Below, one piece after another: positions 25,897 to 40,058 of a DNA stretch of 64,000 nucleotides. Where the stretch lies: the NCBI GenBank assembly GCA_965235115.1, contig OZ249447.1, forward strand, positions 13,206,001 to 13,270,000, written 5' to 3'. Position 1 is the stretch's first letter. Every line of letters begins with the position of its first letter. Origin of the DNA: Laetmonice hystrix (lineage: Eukaryota). The notes below the pieces were generated by a model. It was not told where the DNA came from. It saw only the letters and a program-made list of their open reading frames with translations, and ran no database searches. Position numbers and translations under genes: made by a program.

Positions 25897-26280
25897 AAAC
25901 ACCTGACCACGATCCGTCAGTTAGAGGAAGAGGTGCTGGCCTACAAGTCGTGCCACCACAAACAGGGCGGCCCAGGGGACTATGACTCCATCCACAGGGA
26001 CAAACAGAAGGCCGCCAGGGAGGTGTCTATACTCCGTAAGACGGTCGAGGAGATGGAACTACGTATCGACACCCAGAAACAGACACTGGTGGCGCGCGAG
26101 GAGAGCATCAAGAAGTTGTTGGAGATGCTCCAGAGTAAAGGACTGGCTGTCAAACACCTGGAGGAGGACCGACACGAGACGGAGCGCCTCCAGACCCGCG
26201 TGCTGGAGGAACAGCGGAGGACGAAACAGCTGGAGGCGATCCTAGAACATCGGGACCAGGAGGTGGCGCAGCTCAAGGAG
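25897..26280 (+). CDS. ERC1: ERC/ELKS coding exon A (128 codons, KHLTTIRQLEEE...EVAQLKE), phase 0-0
   Basis: Acceptor ttttccccag|AAA and donor GAG|gtgagt. Encodes LRKTVEEMELRIDTQKQTLVAREESIKKLLEMLQSKGL. Confidence 0.95.
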
Positions 26281-26499
26281 GTGAGTTTATAGATCGGAGC
26301 AGGAGGTGAGAGAGGGCCAGGGTGGGAAAGTATAAGGTCATGGTAAAATACGGTCTGGATGGGGAAAAGTAGGGCGCATGTTGAAGGCGGTGGATACCAG
26401 AAGAAATTGGGATGTCTCTTTGCAGTTGATGTGAGTACAGTTGTGATAATAATCGGAGTATCAGTGTTGTTGGTGTTGACATGCGTTCCTACTGAGGCC

Positions 26500-26905
26500 A
26501 ACTGGTCTAAGTCCATCCAATGTTGCCATTCCTGGCCCAGTTTGACAGTCAGGTCTGCCAGTCCCAGTCCAGTCTGACAGTGAATTCCACCAGTCCTGGT
26601 GCAGTATGACAGGCAGGTCAGGCAGTCCCGGTCCAGTCTGACAGTGAATTCCACCAGTCTTGGTCCAGTTTGATAGGCAGGTCATGGTCAAGCAGTCCCG
26701 GCCCAGTTTGACAGTCAGGTCTGCCAGTCCCGGTCCAGTCTGACAGTGAAGTCCACCAGTCCTGGTCCAGTATGATACTCAGGTCAAGCAGTCCCGGTCC
26801 TGTCTGACAGTGAAGTCCACCAGTCCTGGTCCAGTTTGACAAGTCAGGTCAAGCAGTCCCGGTCCAGTTTGACAGCTAGGTCCGCCAGCCCTGGTCCACT
26901 TTGAC
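26500..26905. repeat. Degenerate minisatellite downstream of exon A
   Basis: Recurring blocks cagtcccggtccagtctgacagtgaattccaccagtcctgg and ccagtttgacag. Confidence 0.85.
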
Positions 26906-26999
26906 AGCTAAGTCCTGCATGGTCTCCCGGCACAATCTACAACAGACAGTCATCCATTATTGGCTGTAGATTGCCGGTGTCCGGCAAAGACCTGAAATT

Positions 27000-27497
27000 A
27001 CCGCCCGGGTTCGGTCCGTCAATAGCCCGTACTTGGGTCCTGAATAACCCACCGAGCCTGGCTCCGAGTGGGATATCGATCACGAGGAGGAGGTGCCTAT
27101 ATCTTCACCCTGCTCTTACAGAATGGTGGAAATATTGGTGCTTGACCTGGCTCGCCCGAGCAACAACAGTAAACAAAGACCTATAGGACTGTGGGGGTAA
27201 TGGGTTGGGCCCTGTTGTAATCTTGAGTGTTATTGTCGGCGTTTGGAGTTGGGAACCGAAAAACACCGCAGCTCTATTTCTCTGAGAAGATCTGTATTTT
27301 TGTTTCCGAGCACACACACTCGCAAACTGAGAGAATTTCACAGGACCTGAAGCTGAACTATTGATGTTTGTCAGGGGTAATCTGAGGCAGTGAAGGGTAG
27401 TAGTGACCTCAGCTGTTTTCACATTGGTATTCCCATTGTTTCTTACATTGACTCGGCCCGGAACACTATTGACCAGTAGCTCTACCCGGGGAAACAT
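27000..27497 (-). mobile_element. Decayed tyrosine-recombinase fragment (DIRS/Ngaro-type retroelement or Crypton-like)
   Basis: The ORF at 27105-27497 has FPRVELL near its start and GPNPLPPQSYRSLF...QYFHHSVRAG at its end, resembling the YR catalytic R box and HSxRxG box. It stops before any catalytic Tyr. Recognised by eye only. Confidence 0.4.
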
Positions 27498-29902
27498 ATC
27501 GACTTTATGAATCTACCTCATGCTGATACATGAGTCGTGAGTCTATCTCATAGTTGACATTGAAGCAAGAAATTACGCCCTATCCCTCGTGACTGAGGGG
27601 AAGCGACCACTACACAAGAAAAGAGAAAAACATGAAAAAGGAAAGAGATTAGTGAGTAGAAGAATGGTCAGGTTTTGAGTTATTGTTGAAGGGGTTGGGA
27701 GCAGCATTGGCCTGTTGGGCCAGAAGTACCACTCGGTCATTACCAAACCCCCTGTCCATGGCACTAGTGTCGTTAGCAACCTGCCTTTGGTAACGACTTC
27801 GGCTGCCATTGGCAACCCATGTGACATTAATGGACTCAGAGGACGTTCACAATGACACTGCCTGGAAACCTGGGTCTCTGGGCAGTACACCTGGGTCTCC
27901 GGCCCTACACATGGGGCTCCCCTTGATTGAATTCCATCTTGTGCATGGAGATGGTTATTTCCCGTGCAAGGCCCTGAGAAACAAATCAAATATTTAGTCA
28001 CAGACCAAAAGAAGAGACGTTGATAGGCAAGTGAAACATTAGTAGGAATGATGTCCCAATAGTCCACAGGCAGCAGGAGTATCACTGGTGATCCGCAGCT
28101 GGTGTTTTCAGTTTTAACATATTTTGGGGTCTTGTGGTACGTCTTGTATACAGATGAGACTGTCTGATTCAGTGTGAAACGTGAGTGAAAGGTCCTGTCC
28201 TGGGGACGGTGAAAACGTTACAATCCTGAGGTATCAATGTGTTATAAATACCGTGCGTTTATAGTAAGTATGGCTGTCGGAGGTGCAACAAAATTACCAG
28301 CATTAATTAGTCCAACGTCGGTAGAAATGAGGCGGTTTTCCATCAAATATTTTTTACGAATTGATAATCTGTTTATTATATGATAATAGAATTTATTGGT
28401 AATATTCTGGCCCTTGTTACAACATGATAAAATGCTAGTACCGGTAATGGCGTGGAAAGTATATTATCTATATCAGTATCTGTAACCAACATTGGTTGAA
28501 TAGAATGGTAGTACCTCATTGGATTCCCTCGTCTGCTACAGAATGGTATTTGTCAGTGAGGACAGACCTTTTTGTAACTCTCCTTGCAGAGACACAATGC
28601 CAAGTGAAACATTAAACATTAAGGTCTCGCGTCGTCATCATTAAAGGAGAGTAACCCAAACCACATGAGGCCAGGATACGAGACAGACAGTCTGACATCA
28701 GAACGTGAATTATTTTACGGTTTTCTCCTTTTTGTACAATTTATCTTTGGTTTGAAACGTAAAACAATTCCCATGATCCCGTGCCACTTCTCAGAACATA
28801 TTGTTTTCAGGTCTTTGTGGTAACAAAATTATTAGCTTTGTGGCACTAACTACCAGAAAATAGATGGGCTCGAAAATCTCATAGTGTATTGATTATACAT
28901 GGCGGTAGGTCTGGCGTATGAGAGAAATCCCTCCTGGAATTTGAGCACGGGTGTGTTTTTTTTACCCGAATTGTTAGCTTCGCCAATCGCATCATAAGGG
29001 ATGCATATACTGCCCCGGTGAATATAGATGAGGTTTACTTGTATGAGTGTTTGTAAAGCGATTACTTTGACATTACAGTACAGTGGCTTACTTGTACGGG
29101 TATGTGTTCACTTTGACATTACAGTATTACAGTAGAGTATAGCAGTGCTATGTTGTGTCCGTGTTTGGTTTCTGAACCTTTCATAGACAGACCTGCCCTC
29201 CAGACGAAGTGCCTGGGCCAATGTTAATTTAAAGAAGGCCATGGCCTGTAGCAGTGGCAGTGGCGGCACATTGTGGTCAATTTAGTGTGTGTGGGCGGAG
29301 GAAGTTTTACAAATATATATCCTTAAAGTGAGATCGCGTGTATGTCCATCAGCAGACCCAAACGGTAAAGCCGGTGTCTCAATCGTAGCTAATCTAGGTT
29401 CTGCAATGTCGCCTTGGTTATTTTCGTAAACAGTCACCAGATCGGACCGATTTGGATGGTGTTAGCATCTATTTCTTCTCCACTTTGAGGCCATTAATAG
29501 AAAATGTAGACAGAAGATCCAAACATTGTGCCCAAACTGAAATAAGCAAGTTAAATTACGTTTGTAGGGCAGCGTTGTAAAGAGCGATCTGCAATAAAAG
29601 GAGCCGTAAATTATGTTTTCGTACCGGATAAATGATGAAAACGGGTTCATATCATAACGTGACGTGGTAAATGAAATGTTCCTATGAGACACAGTAGTAA
29701 AGACTGTGATCAGTATAAAAATGGCGTGATACATTAAGTGTTCAATCGAGACATATTAGGTAGTGTCCTGAACAAACGAGGTTGGATGGGCGAAATATGA
29801 GATTCTATTAGGAACTTGATTATCGGAGTAAAATCAAAGTCTTGGGAAGACTTAATTTATTATGTGACAAATGTCGTTACTGTAAACGACTAAGTATTAG
29901 GA

Positions 29903-29948
29903 CCCCCTCCCCCTCCCCCTCCCCCTCCCCCTCCCCCTCCCCCTCCCC
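29903..29948. repeat. (CCCCCT)n microsatellite
   Basis: About 7.5 perfect hexamer copies. Confidence 0.9.
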
Positions 29949-32749
29949 GACGTCGTAATGTACGGTGCAGAGTGAAGTCCGATTCTGGGGGTCCCATAAA
30001 AAATGGCTGAATAATATGTAATTTTGTTTAATCTTAAGTATCTCCTCTATAATGTTGAGATTCGATATGTGAAGGAAACGAGCGTCTAAAAACTCGACTT
30101 GGTGGCAGCAATGATGTGGCAGGTAGCAGGAGTCATGGCAACATGTCATGGCAACAAATATCACGTTATCTGTTTACTACTGTCTTATAGTAATGTGTCA
30201 TTTCACAACATAATCCGTCTCATAAAGCAAGGAAAGCACGTCAGAGCTTCATAATGTAGAGATTATATTGAAAAGAATATATATTTCCGACGTTTCCCCT
30301 CTGAGCTCTTCCTATGCATGTTACAAACGTGATACCTTTGTTTCTTCCTGGATAATAAAACTAACTGAGAAATAATGTCGAGGTGAATCTAGTATGTCCA
30401 CTGTGTCAATAGATTCATGAGGAGGTCTGTAAGTTAGCACCAACTGTTGTGTCTCCTCGCATGCCATCCCAAGGTGACAGGACCGGGGACAAGTGTCACT
30501 GTGAGTAGTCTATGGAAATGGATTCCAGGCACCGCCACCATTGGTTGCCGTGTGAAACGTATCATTGTATGTTTATACAATGTTGCCTTGGGGTAAATTG
30601 ATCATACTTCAATTTGAATACAGATACACAATTATAGCAAGTGGCGGTCGGCCCGTAATTTAGTGTTTTCTAGTGTTTACCTCAGTTATGTAGTGTTTAG
30701 ACAGGCTAAACCGTTTGCTGAGTTCCAGTTGTGTCCAATCTAATTTAAATCAGATCTCAGTTATTTCGTATGCGGTCCATACTAGATATGGAGCATAGAC
30801 AGTGCTAACACAGCCGAGAGAGACTCGGCTTCTGCCGGGACCGTGGTAGCACTTTAGCGGCCCCCAGCCAATATATATATCGCTAGTGCAAGCCAATGAC
30901 TCTAGACTGATGCTAGATACCGATAACAGTTGACAGTCGAGTGAGGAATGGATCTAAAGTGTGTTGATCGTGATCGATTCATTCATTCACCTTTTCCAGC
31001 TAACTTCTTGAGATATACAGTGTGAACCTGATCTTGTTATATTGTGAATTAATCATTTGCTGTACGCTGAAGGCGTACCCATGGAGACCAGGGATAGGAA
31101 AGGTCCACAGGCTTCACCTTCAGTTGTTCGTAAGGGGCGATGAATGGGGCGACGCCTCGTGTGGAAAGTGGTTGAGCGCCAGATTGCAGAATCAGTGCTT
31201 TCCAGTCGTGCCTGATACCCTGTGAGCTAGTGTGTGGAAATTGCATGATTATATAACCAATATACATTAGCAAACGGACGGGGGGGGGGGGGCGCTGTTC
31301 ATAAATCACAACCTAAAGGTAGGGTACAAATATCGTTTTCTGAGTGGGGGGGGGGGGGGGGGGGAGTCAAGCCGACTATTACTTGAGACCGTGGAGGATA
31401 CTAAAAACGATCAGAAGCCTTCTTACTTGGTGCAGTCTTTGTGTGACAGGGAAGCAGCACGCCTGATTGATGCTGGCGTGATGTAAAACGTCGTTAGAAC
31501 TCGTGATCGCTGGACCGTGACTCGGGCCGTGTTTCATGTAGTCACGTCTGACTAGATAATGGAAGCTACTCGACGTCAATGGCGTGTACTGTCCTATTAT
31601 TGGCAGTAGCGCCATTGCCGACTGTATTGTCACATGTAGGTTATACATTAGGGAACCCATGCTAGATTTTGTAATCTGAGACCTGAACCAGTGTCGTGTT
31701 ATTTATGCCGACGTGGAACATATTGGGGAATGAGTTTGACATTTAATTCATTCCCGCGTGTCCGTCCTTTAGGTTGTTTGGCCTTCATCATTTGGTGTGA
31801 CGTAAAAACTGAAGAGGTAGGATCGGAGTGCCGTGTGTGCCTGCCAAGTCATCCTAGGTGATGGTCGGTTACGGATTCTTTCTACAGCCCCCCACCCCCA
31901 CCCCCACCCATCCTTAAAAAAACAAATTGAAAAATAAAACCAATTTTAACAATAAAGAAAAGGTGACCAAGTGATTGCAGGCTGCATGTTGTCGATCGTA
32001 CATCTGATTTCCTTAATACAGCTAGACAACTTCATGTGTAATCAATTACTGATGCATTGGTGATGTCAAGATGAATTACAATGTTTTATTGGACGTGGCA
32101 CTAAAACAATGAACAGAAATGGGGGGAAACGGGGGAAGTCTGCACGTCACAGTCAGAGACACTGAAACGGTTTGGCCAAACGTGACTTGTTCAGCCGAGA
32201 GGATACAATAAATCGCTCCGTACAATGATCATTTTGGAGATTCATTTAAATCGAAAAAAAACCAAACTATTCAAGCATCTCTCACGTAGCGCATTTTCTC
32301 TGTAAGCTCTGTGTTCAATTTCAAATGGACAAAGTGGATGTGAAATCGGGCTTGTTTTAATGGTGAAAACACCAATTAACAATTGCCAAGTCTGCCTGCT
32401 CTTCCATTGGAGAAATGATTTCTTCTAAGGGCATCTGTATTTTTTTAGCCAGTCATAAATTGCAGGAAAAGAGCACGTCAGGCAGGGGTCAATTCGCTTT
32501 ATCTTCTGAGGGGCGAGAAATGTCGGGAAAACAAAGCCAATCCTTTTCGGCACGTGAAATATTATCAAGTGGTGAAGTGGGATATCAACTTATCTTGACA
32601 TAATATTCGTACGCAGTGGAGAGGAAGCTGGACACCTGACAAACATGGTACAGACGTGGGGGGGGGGAGGGTCAGCGTCCAAACAATCCCACCTTTGGTC
32701 CCTGAATCCACCGCTGGTCGTTTCAATGCTGGAACGTTGGTCGTTTCAT

Positions 32750-32888
32750 GGGTAGAACGTTGGTTGTTTCAATGGTAAAACGTTACTCGTGTCAAGGGAA
32801 GAGCGTCTGTCGTTTCATGGGAAGAGCGTCGGTCGTTTCAATGGTAGAGCGTCGGTCGTTTCAATGGTAGAGCGTCGGTCGTTTCAAG
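32750..32888. repeat. ~23-bp degenerate tandem repeat
   Basis: Recurring ggtcgtttcaatggtagagcgtc. Confidence 0.8.
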
Positions 32889-34411
32889 GGTGCTGAACGA
32901 TATTGCCGGCGAGTAGTTTATGGAAAGTGGTAATTTAATCAGGACCGTTATGAGTAGTATATCAAAATTAGTGTTATGATCAGTGTGCTTATAATGCTTA
33001 GTATATCTCTCATCTTTATGCGGAACCTAATCACTACGAAATTTTCCCATGTTGTTATAAAGTTCGTAATTTTGGCTAGAAACTGGCGCATTGACCCTGG
33101 AAACAATGGAGACATCTCATTTCGTAGTCTCCATCCTTGTTCTCCCCATGAAGATGGCGTAAAATCACCGTCAATACCTCATCACTCAAGTCACTCAGGT
33201 TGCAGCATGGTGAGTCATTCAATGCAACCCGGCTTCATTTGGAGTTCTCACTGCTACAAGCAATCTGCTTAAACTGAAGTACAGACAGGTACATTCTACA
33301 CGGCACCACAGTCGCTGATAACTGTCGTTGGTACTTGACATTACGTTACATTTTCCGTATGATAGTGGCTACAAACTTCAGCCAGTGCCAGACAAAATGT
33401 CCACCATCATGTTTTTTTTTGGGGGGGGGAGGAGGGGGTAGAGTAGTTGATGGATATATTTTCCAAGTATCTGTATAATTAATGCTAACAACAGATCGAG
33501 TGTACTTCAAGCCCTAAGTGTATAGCCGTTTGTCAAGGGTGCTGGGGTCAGGCATTGTGTGGCAAGACGACAGGTCCTTGATATATCGAGGTCCCACGGA
33601 TACCCCTCCAATTACTTCACACTGGACGAAAGGGTAACGGCCCTGGGGAGTACAGGGGGAGGGTGATAAAACTGACCAACCCCAACCTCCCGTGTGAAAT
33701 CAGACCGAAGGACACGCAAACAAGGTTGTTACAGGAGGGACGCGGGCGGGGGGGGGGGGGGCGAGTGAACGGTCTACTAGAGCCTTCTGACGTGATGGCA
33801 TCCATAAATAGGGGTTGTGCTGGAACCATTTTCTTGGGCTTAAGTTATAGATTTGCCAGGAAAGATAGGAGCTGTTCGTCTTACAAAGTGGTCGTAGAAT
33901 TTAGATTCGGTGCTCTGTTCCCAAATGATCCCGGCACGTAGAATCCAGTGCGCCTAATCACATGTAAGATCTGACAACCCATCTTATATCAGAACTGGCA
34001 GTCACTGAGTGTACAATGATGACTTCTGAATAATTGAAAATCGCATAAGACAGCGCTGTCATTGCTTAGTCAGCCAGCTCTTGCCCTCCCCCTCTCCCTA
34101 TCCACCTGTCGGATTGCATGTGGCGTTGACGTTGCATTAAGTAGCTGATTTAGTGTGGCTGTCTGGTGGCTGCTATGAAGTGTAATGGTTCTTTATAAGA
34201 AGTGTATTGGTTGAGTTGATATGAAGTGTGACGGCTGGCTGATAGCTCTGTCTCAGAGCCATGAGAAGTTGTGTTGCTGATCCTGTCACGAACAAACACA
34301 ATCGGGATGACTAGTGGTGTACTTATTATACGTATGTTCATGTTAGGGAGATTTACTTGTGTTTGCGGTATTATTGTATAGGCTGGAGTTCATATCATGG
34401 CCTTTGTGACA

Positions 34412-35216
34412 TTATGTTTGCAGTACGATGGAGGTTTACATTTATATCACAGCCTGTCTGACCTTATGTTTGCAGTACGCTGGAGGTTTACATTTATATC
34501 ACAGCCTGTGTGATCTTATGTTTGCAGTACGCTGGAGGTTTACATTCATATCACAGCCTGTGTGACCTTATGTTTGCAGTACGCTGGAGGTTTACATTTA
34601 TATCACAGCCTGTGTGACCTTATGTTTGCAGTATGCTGGAGGTTTACATTTATATCACAGCCTGTGTGACCTTATGTTTGCAGTACGCTGAAGGTTTACA
34701 TTTATATCACAGCCTGTGTGATCTTATGTTTGCAGTACGCTGGAGGTTTACATTTATATCACAGCCTGTGTGATCTTATGTTTGCAGTACGCTGGAGGTT
34801 TACATTTATATCACAGCCTGTGTGATCTTATGTTTGCAGTATGCTGGAGGTTTACATTTATATCACAGCCTGTGTGATCTTATGTTTGCAGTATGCTGGA
34901 GGTTTACATTTATATCACAGCCTGTGTGATCTTATGTTTGCAGTATGCTGGAGGTTTACATTTATATCACAGCCTGTGTGATCTTATGTTTGCAGTATGC
35001 AGGAGGTTTACATTTATATCACAGCCTGTGTGACCTTATGTTTGCAGTACGCTGGAGGTTTACATTTATATCACAGCCTGTGTGACCTTATGTTTGCAGT
35101 ACGCTGGAGGTTTACATTTATATCACAGCCTGTGTGACCTTAAGTTTGCAGTACGCTGGAGGTTTACATTTATATCACAGCCTGTGTGACCTTATGTTTG
35201 CAGTACGCTGGAGGTT
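34412..35216. repeat. 52-bp minisatellite, about 15.5 copies
   Basis: Unit ttatgtttgcagtacgctggaggtttacatttatatcacagcctgtgtgacc, with starts at 34412 and 34464. Confidence 0.97.
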
Positions 35217-36135
35217 TTGTCCGCAGCACTCACCAGCAGATGGTAACGTTTTATTTTACCTGCGGTCTGTGTGTGGTTTCCTTGCTGATCAACCGTTCAC
35301 CCCTCAGGGCTGTCGGTGGACCGCCCCAAACAATAAGCGGGAGATTCCACTTAGGCCGGTGAGGGATGGACAGTCGGTTTTATGATGCTAACACGGGGTG
35401 ATAGATTAGGATAACCAGCGTGAACTTTTGCAGGGAGCGAAATATGACAAATTACAGGAAACTATTAAGAATTTAAGAAACAACTATCTTGTGGCAGTCA
35501 AAGTTGAATTTGTAAGCAGTTTGAGATCATTCGCCAGTAAGATACGCATGATTGAATTCCATATTTCGCACCCTGACTTGAACCTGCAGTTATTGTAAAG
35601 GATGCCTTGGCTCGCTAGCGATGCGTGACCAGGCATAGAAGACGTAGACCTCTATGTAATATCTAGACCTGACATCTGTAGTTGATGAACCTGTGGCCTA
35701 GTCTCAACTTGCTCTTGACTTTTACCTGACATTTTCAACATCATTAGGGGCTTTGGTTTACGATTCTTAGTGGGATTCTTTGTAGGAATTTGAAGACAAT
35801 CATTGTTGAATCTGGTGATGTTTCGTACCTTAACGCATGAAGGGCATTGGGGGTAAATCTAGCCTTATACCTTTGCTGATTGTCCTGTTGTCAGTATCTG
35901 TGCAGTAACCAAATTTGAAACGGAGTGTCGCCATTTCCTTTGGTTACTGCATGCGAAGTGAAAACAGACCAGTCAGTGTTAGTGTAAGGGCAGGAGTTCC
36001 TATTTCAAGGTTCTTATAGTTAGATGTTTGGGGGTTTTAAAGATATAAAGCTTTACCAGTTTGGGATAGAAGTCTCCGTCTATTACGGCTTGATATTTCC
36101 GTGTCAAATCGCTCACCACGGATCTGAGCTTGCAC

Positions 36136-36182
36136 GGGTCACGTGACCCCGAGGTCACGTGACCTCATATATTGTCACGTGG
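36136..36182. promoter_or_regulatory. Cluster of GTCACGTGAC (USF/MiT-TFE CLEAR-type) E-box palindromes
   Basis: Perfect palindromes gggtcacgtgaccc (36136-36149) and gaggtcacgtgacctc (36151-36166), plus gtcacgtgg (36174-36182). Confidence 0.45.
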
Positions 36183-36583
36183 TCGTGTTGGTCTATCGGT
36201 AGTTAAATGCCAGGCGCTGCTGGGGGGTGGGGCTTGACCACTGCTTGATCTCTGTACGCTCCTACTGTATAGCTTGACCACTACCTGCACATCGTGGGGT
36301 GTAGGGAGAATGGACGTGTAGAGGTTGGCACTGCTTGATCAGGAAGTACCATGGAAGAGGGATTTAAAGAAGCATGTGGAATATATCCAACAGCCAACCT
36401 AGAAATACAAAAACTAGAGACTGTTATCTTTATAAATATGTTGGCATACCTCTTTGGTTTGGCAATTGCAACAAGGATGTCTAAATTTGGAACTGTAAAT
36501 AAAGCTGATGCATAGAGCTGCACTAACATTGTTTGTTACCAATCAACAGTTCGGACCGAATTGGAAGGAGCTTCGGACCAGTG

Positions 36584-36748
36584 TCAGAAATTGTATGTAA
36601 TTTATGCTGTAATGTAGATACTTTTGACCACTATCAGAAATTGTATGTAATTTATGCTGTAATGTAGATACTTTTGACCACTATCAGAAATTGTATGTAA
36701 TTTATGCTGTAATGTAGATACTTTTGGCCACTATCAGAAATTGTATGA
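36584..36748. repeat. 50-bp tandem repeat, about 3.3 copies
   Basis: Unit tcagaaattgtatgtaatttatgctgtaatgtagatacttttgaccacta at 36584, 36634, 36684 and 36734. Confidence 0.93.
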
Positions 36749-37489
36749 ATTGGAGGAATGAAAGAACTGATAAGGGGGTGTATCTATGGCGAGCACGCAC
36801 ACACTCACAGTGGTATTCACACATATTCACACACTCTGCGCACTGGCTTGGGTTGCCAGGGTATATACCGATTCTAGACGTCGTCCCCATGCTCGATGAT
36901 ATTTGAAAGTCCTGCTCAGAATTATTATTGAGTATAGAATCGAGTTTGATGGGAGGGATATCAAGTTGTTTACCAAGCTGTAGTATCAGACCCGAGAGGG
37001 TATAAATATTAATATATGGCAGCAGGATCGGATTCCCTGGCAGAACATAGACAATGAATGAGACGTCAGCGTGGAATGACCTAATGTGGCATCATTTTAT
37101 GATTACATATTTATCTCAGAAAAGGGGGTGAGGAACCCTACTTCATCAAAGCCTAGTAATCCGTGAAGATCCTGTAAGAAGGGACCGCCCATTAATTATC
37201 CGGACTCGGTAATTGATTTGCACCCAAGTACCGCATTGAAAGCTCATTATTCATAGGACAGTGGATGGTAAAGACAGTGGCAGTCTCTGCCCTTGTATGC
37301 ATCGAGGGAAAGCGCCCTCTAACGGTGTTTGCCCTCAGCAGACATTTGCATGCACCTAATAATGATGAATACACTGAATCTGTTTCTATGATATAGAATA
37401 TGCGGTTGAAATGTTGTTATGAAAAGGGGGATTTATATGGAAACCGTTGGAGGGGTTGCTGGTAGTAGGTCAGGACGGATGGATGCACT

Positions 37490-37751
37490 GGCGGATCCAG
37501 GATTTCACGAAAGGGGGGGGCACAGAAAAGCAATTCATGATTGTTTCCATTACAAATGTATACTAATTAAAGCTCATGCTCTTGAATGAGAGTTTTAGAG
37601 GTATAGCCTACATAATAGCTCGGGGTTTCCCTGAGACACACCGTCAGTGTTAAAATTAATTAAAAATGAGTAGGCTATAGCCGTGTAGGCCTATAATTAG
37701 TGAAGCTAAAGGAGGGGGAACGTGCCCCCTGTGCCCCCCTCTGGATCCGCC
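37490..37751. mobile_element. MITE-like non-autonomous DNA transposon with GGCGGATCCAG termini (possibly PIF/Harbinger-like)
   Basis: Perfect 11-bp inverted termini ggcggatccag (37490-37500) and ctggatccgcc (37741-37751), G/C-rich subterminal blocks and no ORF. No clear TSD. Confidence 0.6.
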
Positions 37752-39629
37752 TTTGGGATGTTATGGTAGTCAGGGTTCTCCACAGGGTAAAAGGTCGGTG
37801 GTTGGAGAATATAACACTAAAAATCGGGTTCTGTTGGTAAGTAAATCTAAGCACGTCACGGATGTTTTGTAAAGATGATGAAGTTATGTCCTCAGCGTGC
37901 ATGTTGGCTAAAAAAGTAGGCTACGGTACGTTAGAAAATACAGTGTGGAGAACACTGGCTTCGCCAACAATTGTTTAGCCTTACAACAGGTGAACCAGAC
38001 GAGGATTATAATAGGTTTAATTTGTGTGATTCAAACGATTGCGGTTAATTCAATGGAAGCGTTAAAAAACCATTGAGTACAGGTTGTACTATTGCTGCGT
38101 TGCCTCCTTAAAGGGATAGGCCATACATTGTTGTTTATCTATACCGTACATTGTCAAGGGCCAAGAAATAAAGAATTAAGACTGCTCTTAAACTAACACT
38201 GCTTGTCATGTTTTCAACGCGCATGCAGGAACAAAAATTCTTTGCAGAGGAAATGGCGATTCACCGATTCAGTTTCGGTAATTGCACATGCGGTGAAAAC
38301 AAGAAGATCAGCGTCAGTTTTGCTTTTAGGTCGGAAAAATCGGAATGGGTACTTCGCAATCCTTTTGGCAATGTATCTCTTTAAGTGTCGGTAGTGGGCT
38401 AACAATGAAATAAATATTTGGCAACTTAAAACAAAGAGGTAAATGATGTTAATGTTTGGGATCTGAAGAAAACAGATGAACTAGTGTGTGCCTGTGTCTG
38501 CGACCGGATGAATTGATTGTGTGGATATTTGTAGAAGCTGCTGTTTTAATATTTGGTCACTTCTATGAACAGACGGAAGCGATAACGTTTTGTTTTAGGA
38601 AACCTGGTTTCCTATGTGTAATATCCCCGATAACATTTATGATCTCTTGTTTCAGCAATCAGCACGCCCATGACGTTTATGCATTGTGTTTGTGTGTGTG
38701 TTCCCCTTTATAAAAGTGAACTCTATGTGTTAACGCTTGGATATGATGTTTACAGTGTGGCTGACCCAAACTCTGACCCCTGGACACTAACAGGTCCCAT
38801 GCTTGAATCTAACCCTAATAAACTTATGGTAAACGTAGGAGGAATAATAAAAATTGAATTCAAGAATTAGTTTGGCCTCTCTTTGAACGTCAAAGGCGTC
38901 ATCCGTAGCCAGATATAGGATGTCAGTTGACAGGGTTGTTTGTGAAAGTGTCAGAAGTACCACTCCTCATATTGAACATGAGCCGACCGAGAAAAAAAAC
39001 TTGTATAATTGCATCATTAAATCTCCAGCAATTTTAAACATTTGCGTAGAAAAGGGTTTTTCATTTTATAAGTTGTTAATTGGGAAAGCTGGGTAGCTCT
39101 GCTAATTGGTTGAGCCTTGGAAAATTAGCAAAGAGCTTTACCGCAGGGTAATAGTAATGTAAGCAACGCATGAAAAAGGAGAGTTTTGCGTGATTCTAGG
39201 ATTCTTCATGGCATGTAAACAATTAGTGAGAGTGAAAGAGCTACAAATCATGAAGGCAGTCAAGGTAGCCTTGCCCCACACTCAGTCTGAGGCTGTACCC
39301 AACTCTTGATGTTATAGGTATGGGTGAAGTCTCGGACTGCCCCGTGTACTATTACAGACAAGATTACTATCGATAAATGGGAGAAAGGGGGCGGTAGACA
39401 AAGTGAAAAAGAAATGTTTTTCATTTGTGCTCCATCTCACCGAACCTGTCACAGTGACAGGTTTACTGAATTCAAAAAGTGTTAATCAAATTGCCATTAT
39501 AAGAAGATGCGCAATTGATTATAATTAAAGTCAAATTACGCCAATCCTGCAGCCCGGTCACCTCGCCAGTTTATATTGTACCGATTTTCAAGTTCTTCTC
39601 TTCCCTGTCCAAGTGATGTTGGTCCAGTG

Positions 39630-40042
39630 ATTTACTGGCTACAGGGTGTTGTCAGATTTACTGTATATAGGGTCTTGCCATCAGATGTACTGTATACAGG
39701 GTGTTGCCATCAGATTTACTGTATTCAGGGTGTTGTGAGATTTACTGTATACAGGGTGTTGCCATCAGATTTACTGTATACAGGGTGTTGTCAGATTTAC
39801 TGTATACAGGGTGTTGCCGTCAGATTTACTGTATACAGGGTGTTGCCATCAGATTTACTGTATTCAGGGTGTTGTGAGATTTACTGTACATGTTATATTC
39901 AAGGTGTTGTCAGATTTACTGTATACAGGGTGTTGTCAGATTTACTGTATACAGGGTGTTGCCATTAGGTTTACTGTATTCATGGTGTTGTTAGATTTAC
40001 TGTATACAGAGTGTTGCCATCAGGTTTACAGTATACAGGTTG
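39630..40042. repeat. 26/29-bp minisatellite ending just before the exon B acceptor
   Basis: Units cagggtgttg(cca)tcagatttactgtata. Confidence 0.92.
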
Positions 40043-40058
40043 TTGCTTGTCATTTCAG

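Noticed and set aside
34412-35216. Regularly spaced repeats that could be mistaken for a CRISPR array (also 40140-41871 and 58940-59665)
   Set aside because: The units are head-to-tail with no unique spacers, no cas genes are present, and the context is a eukaryotic intron-containing gene.
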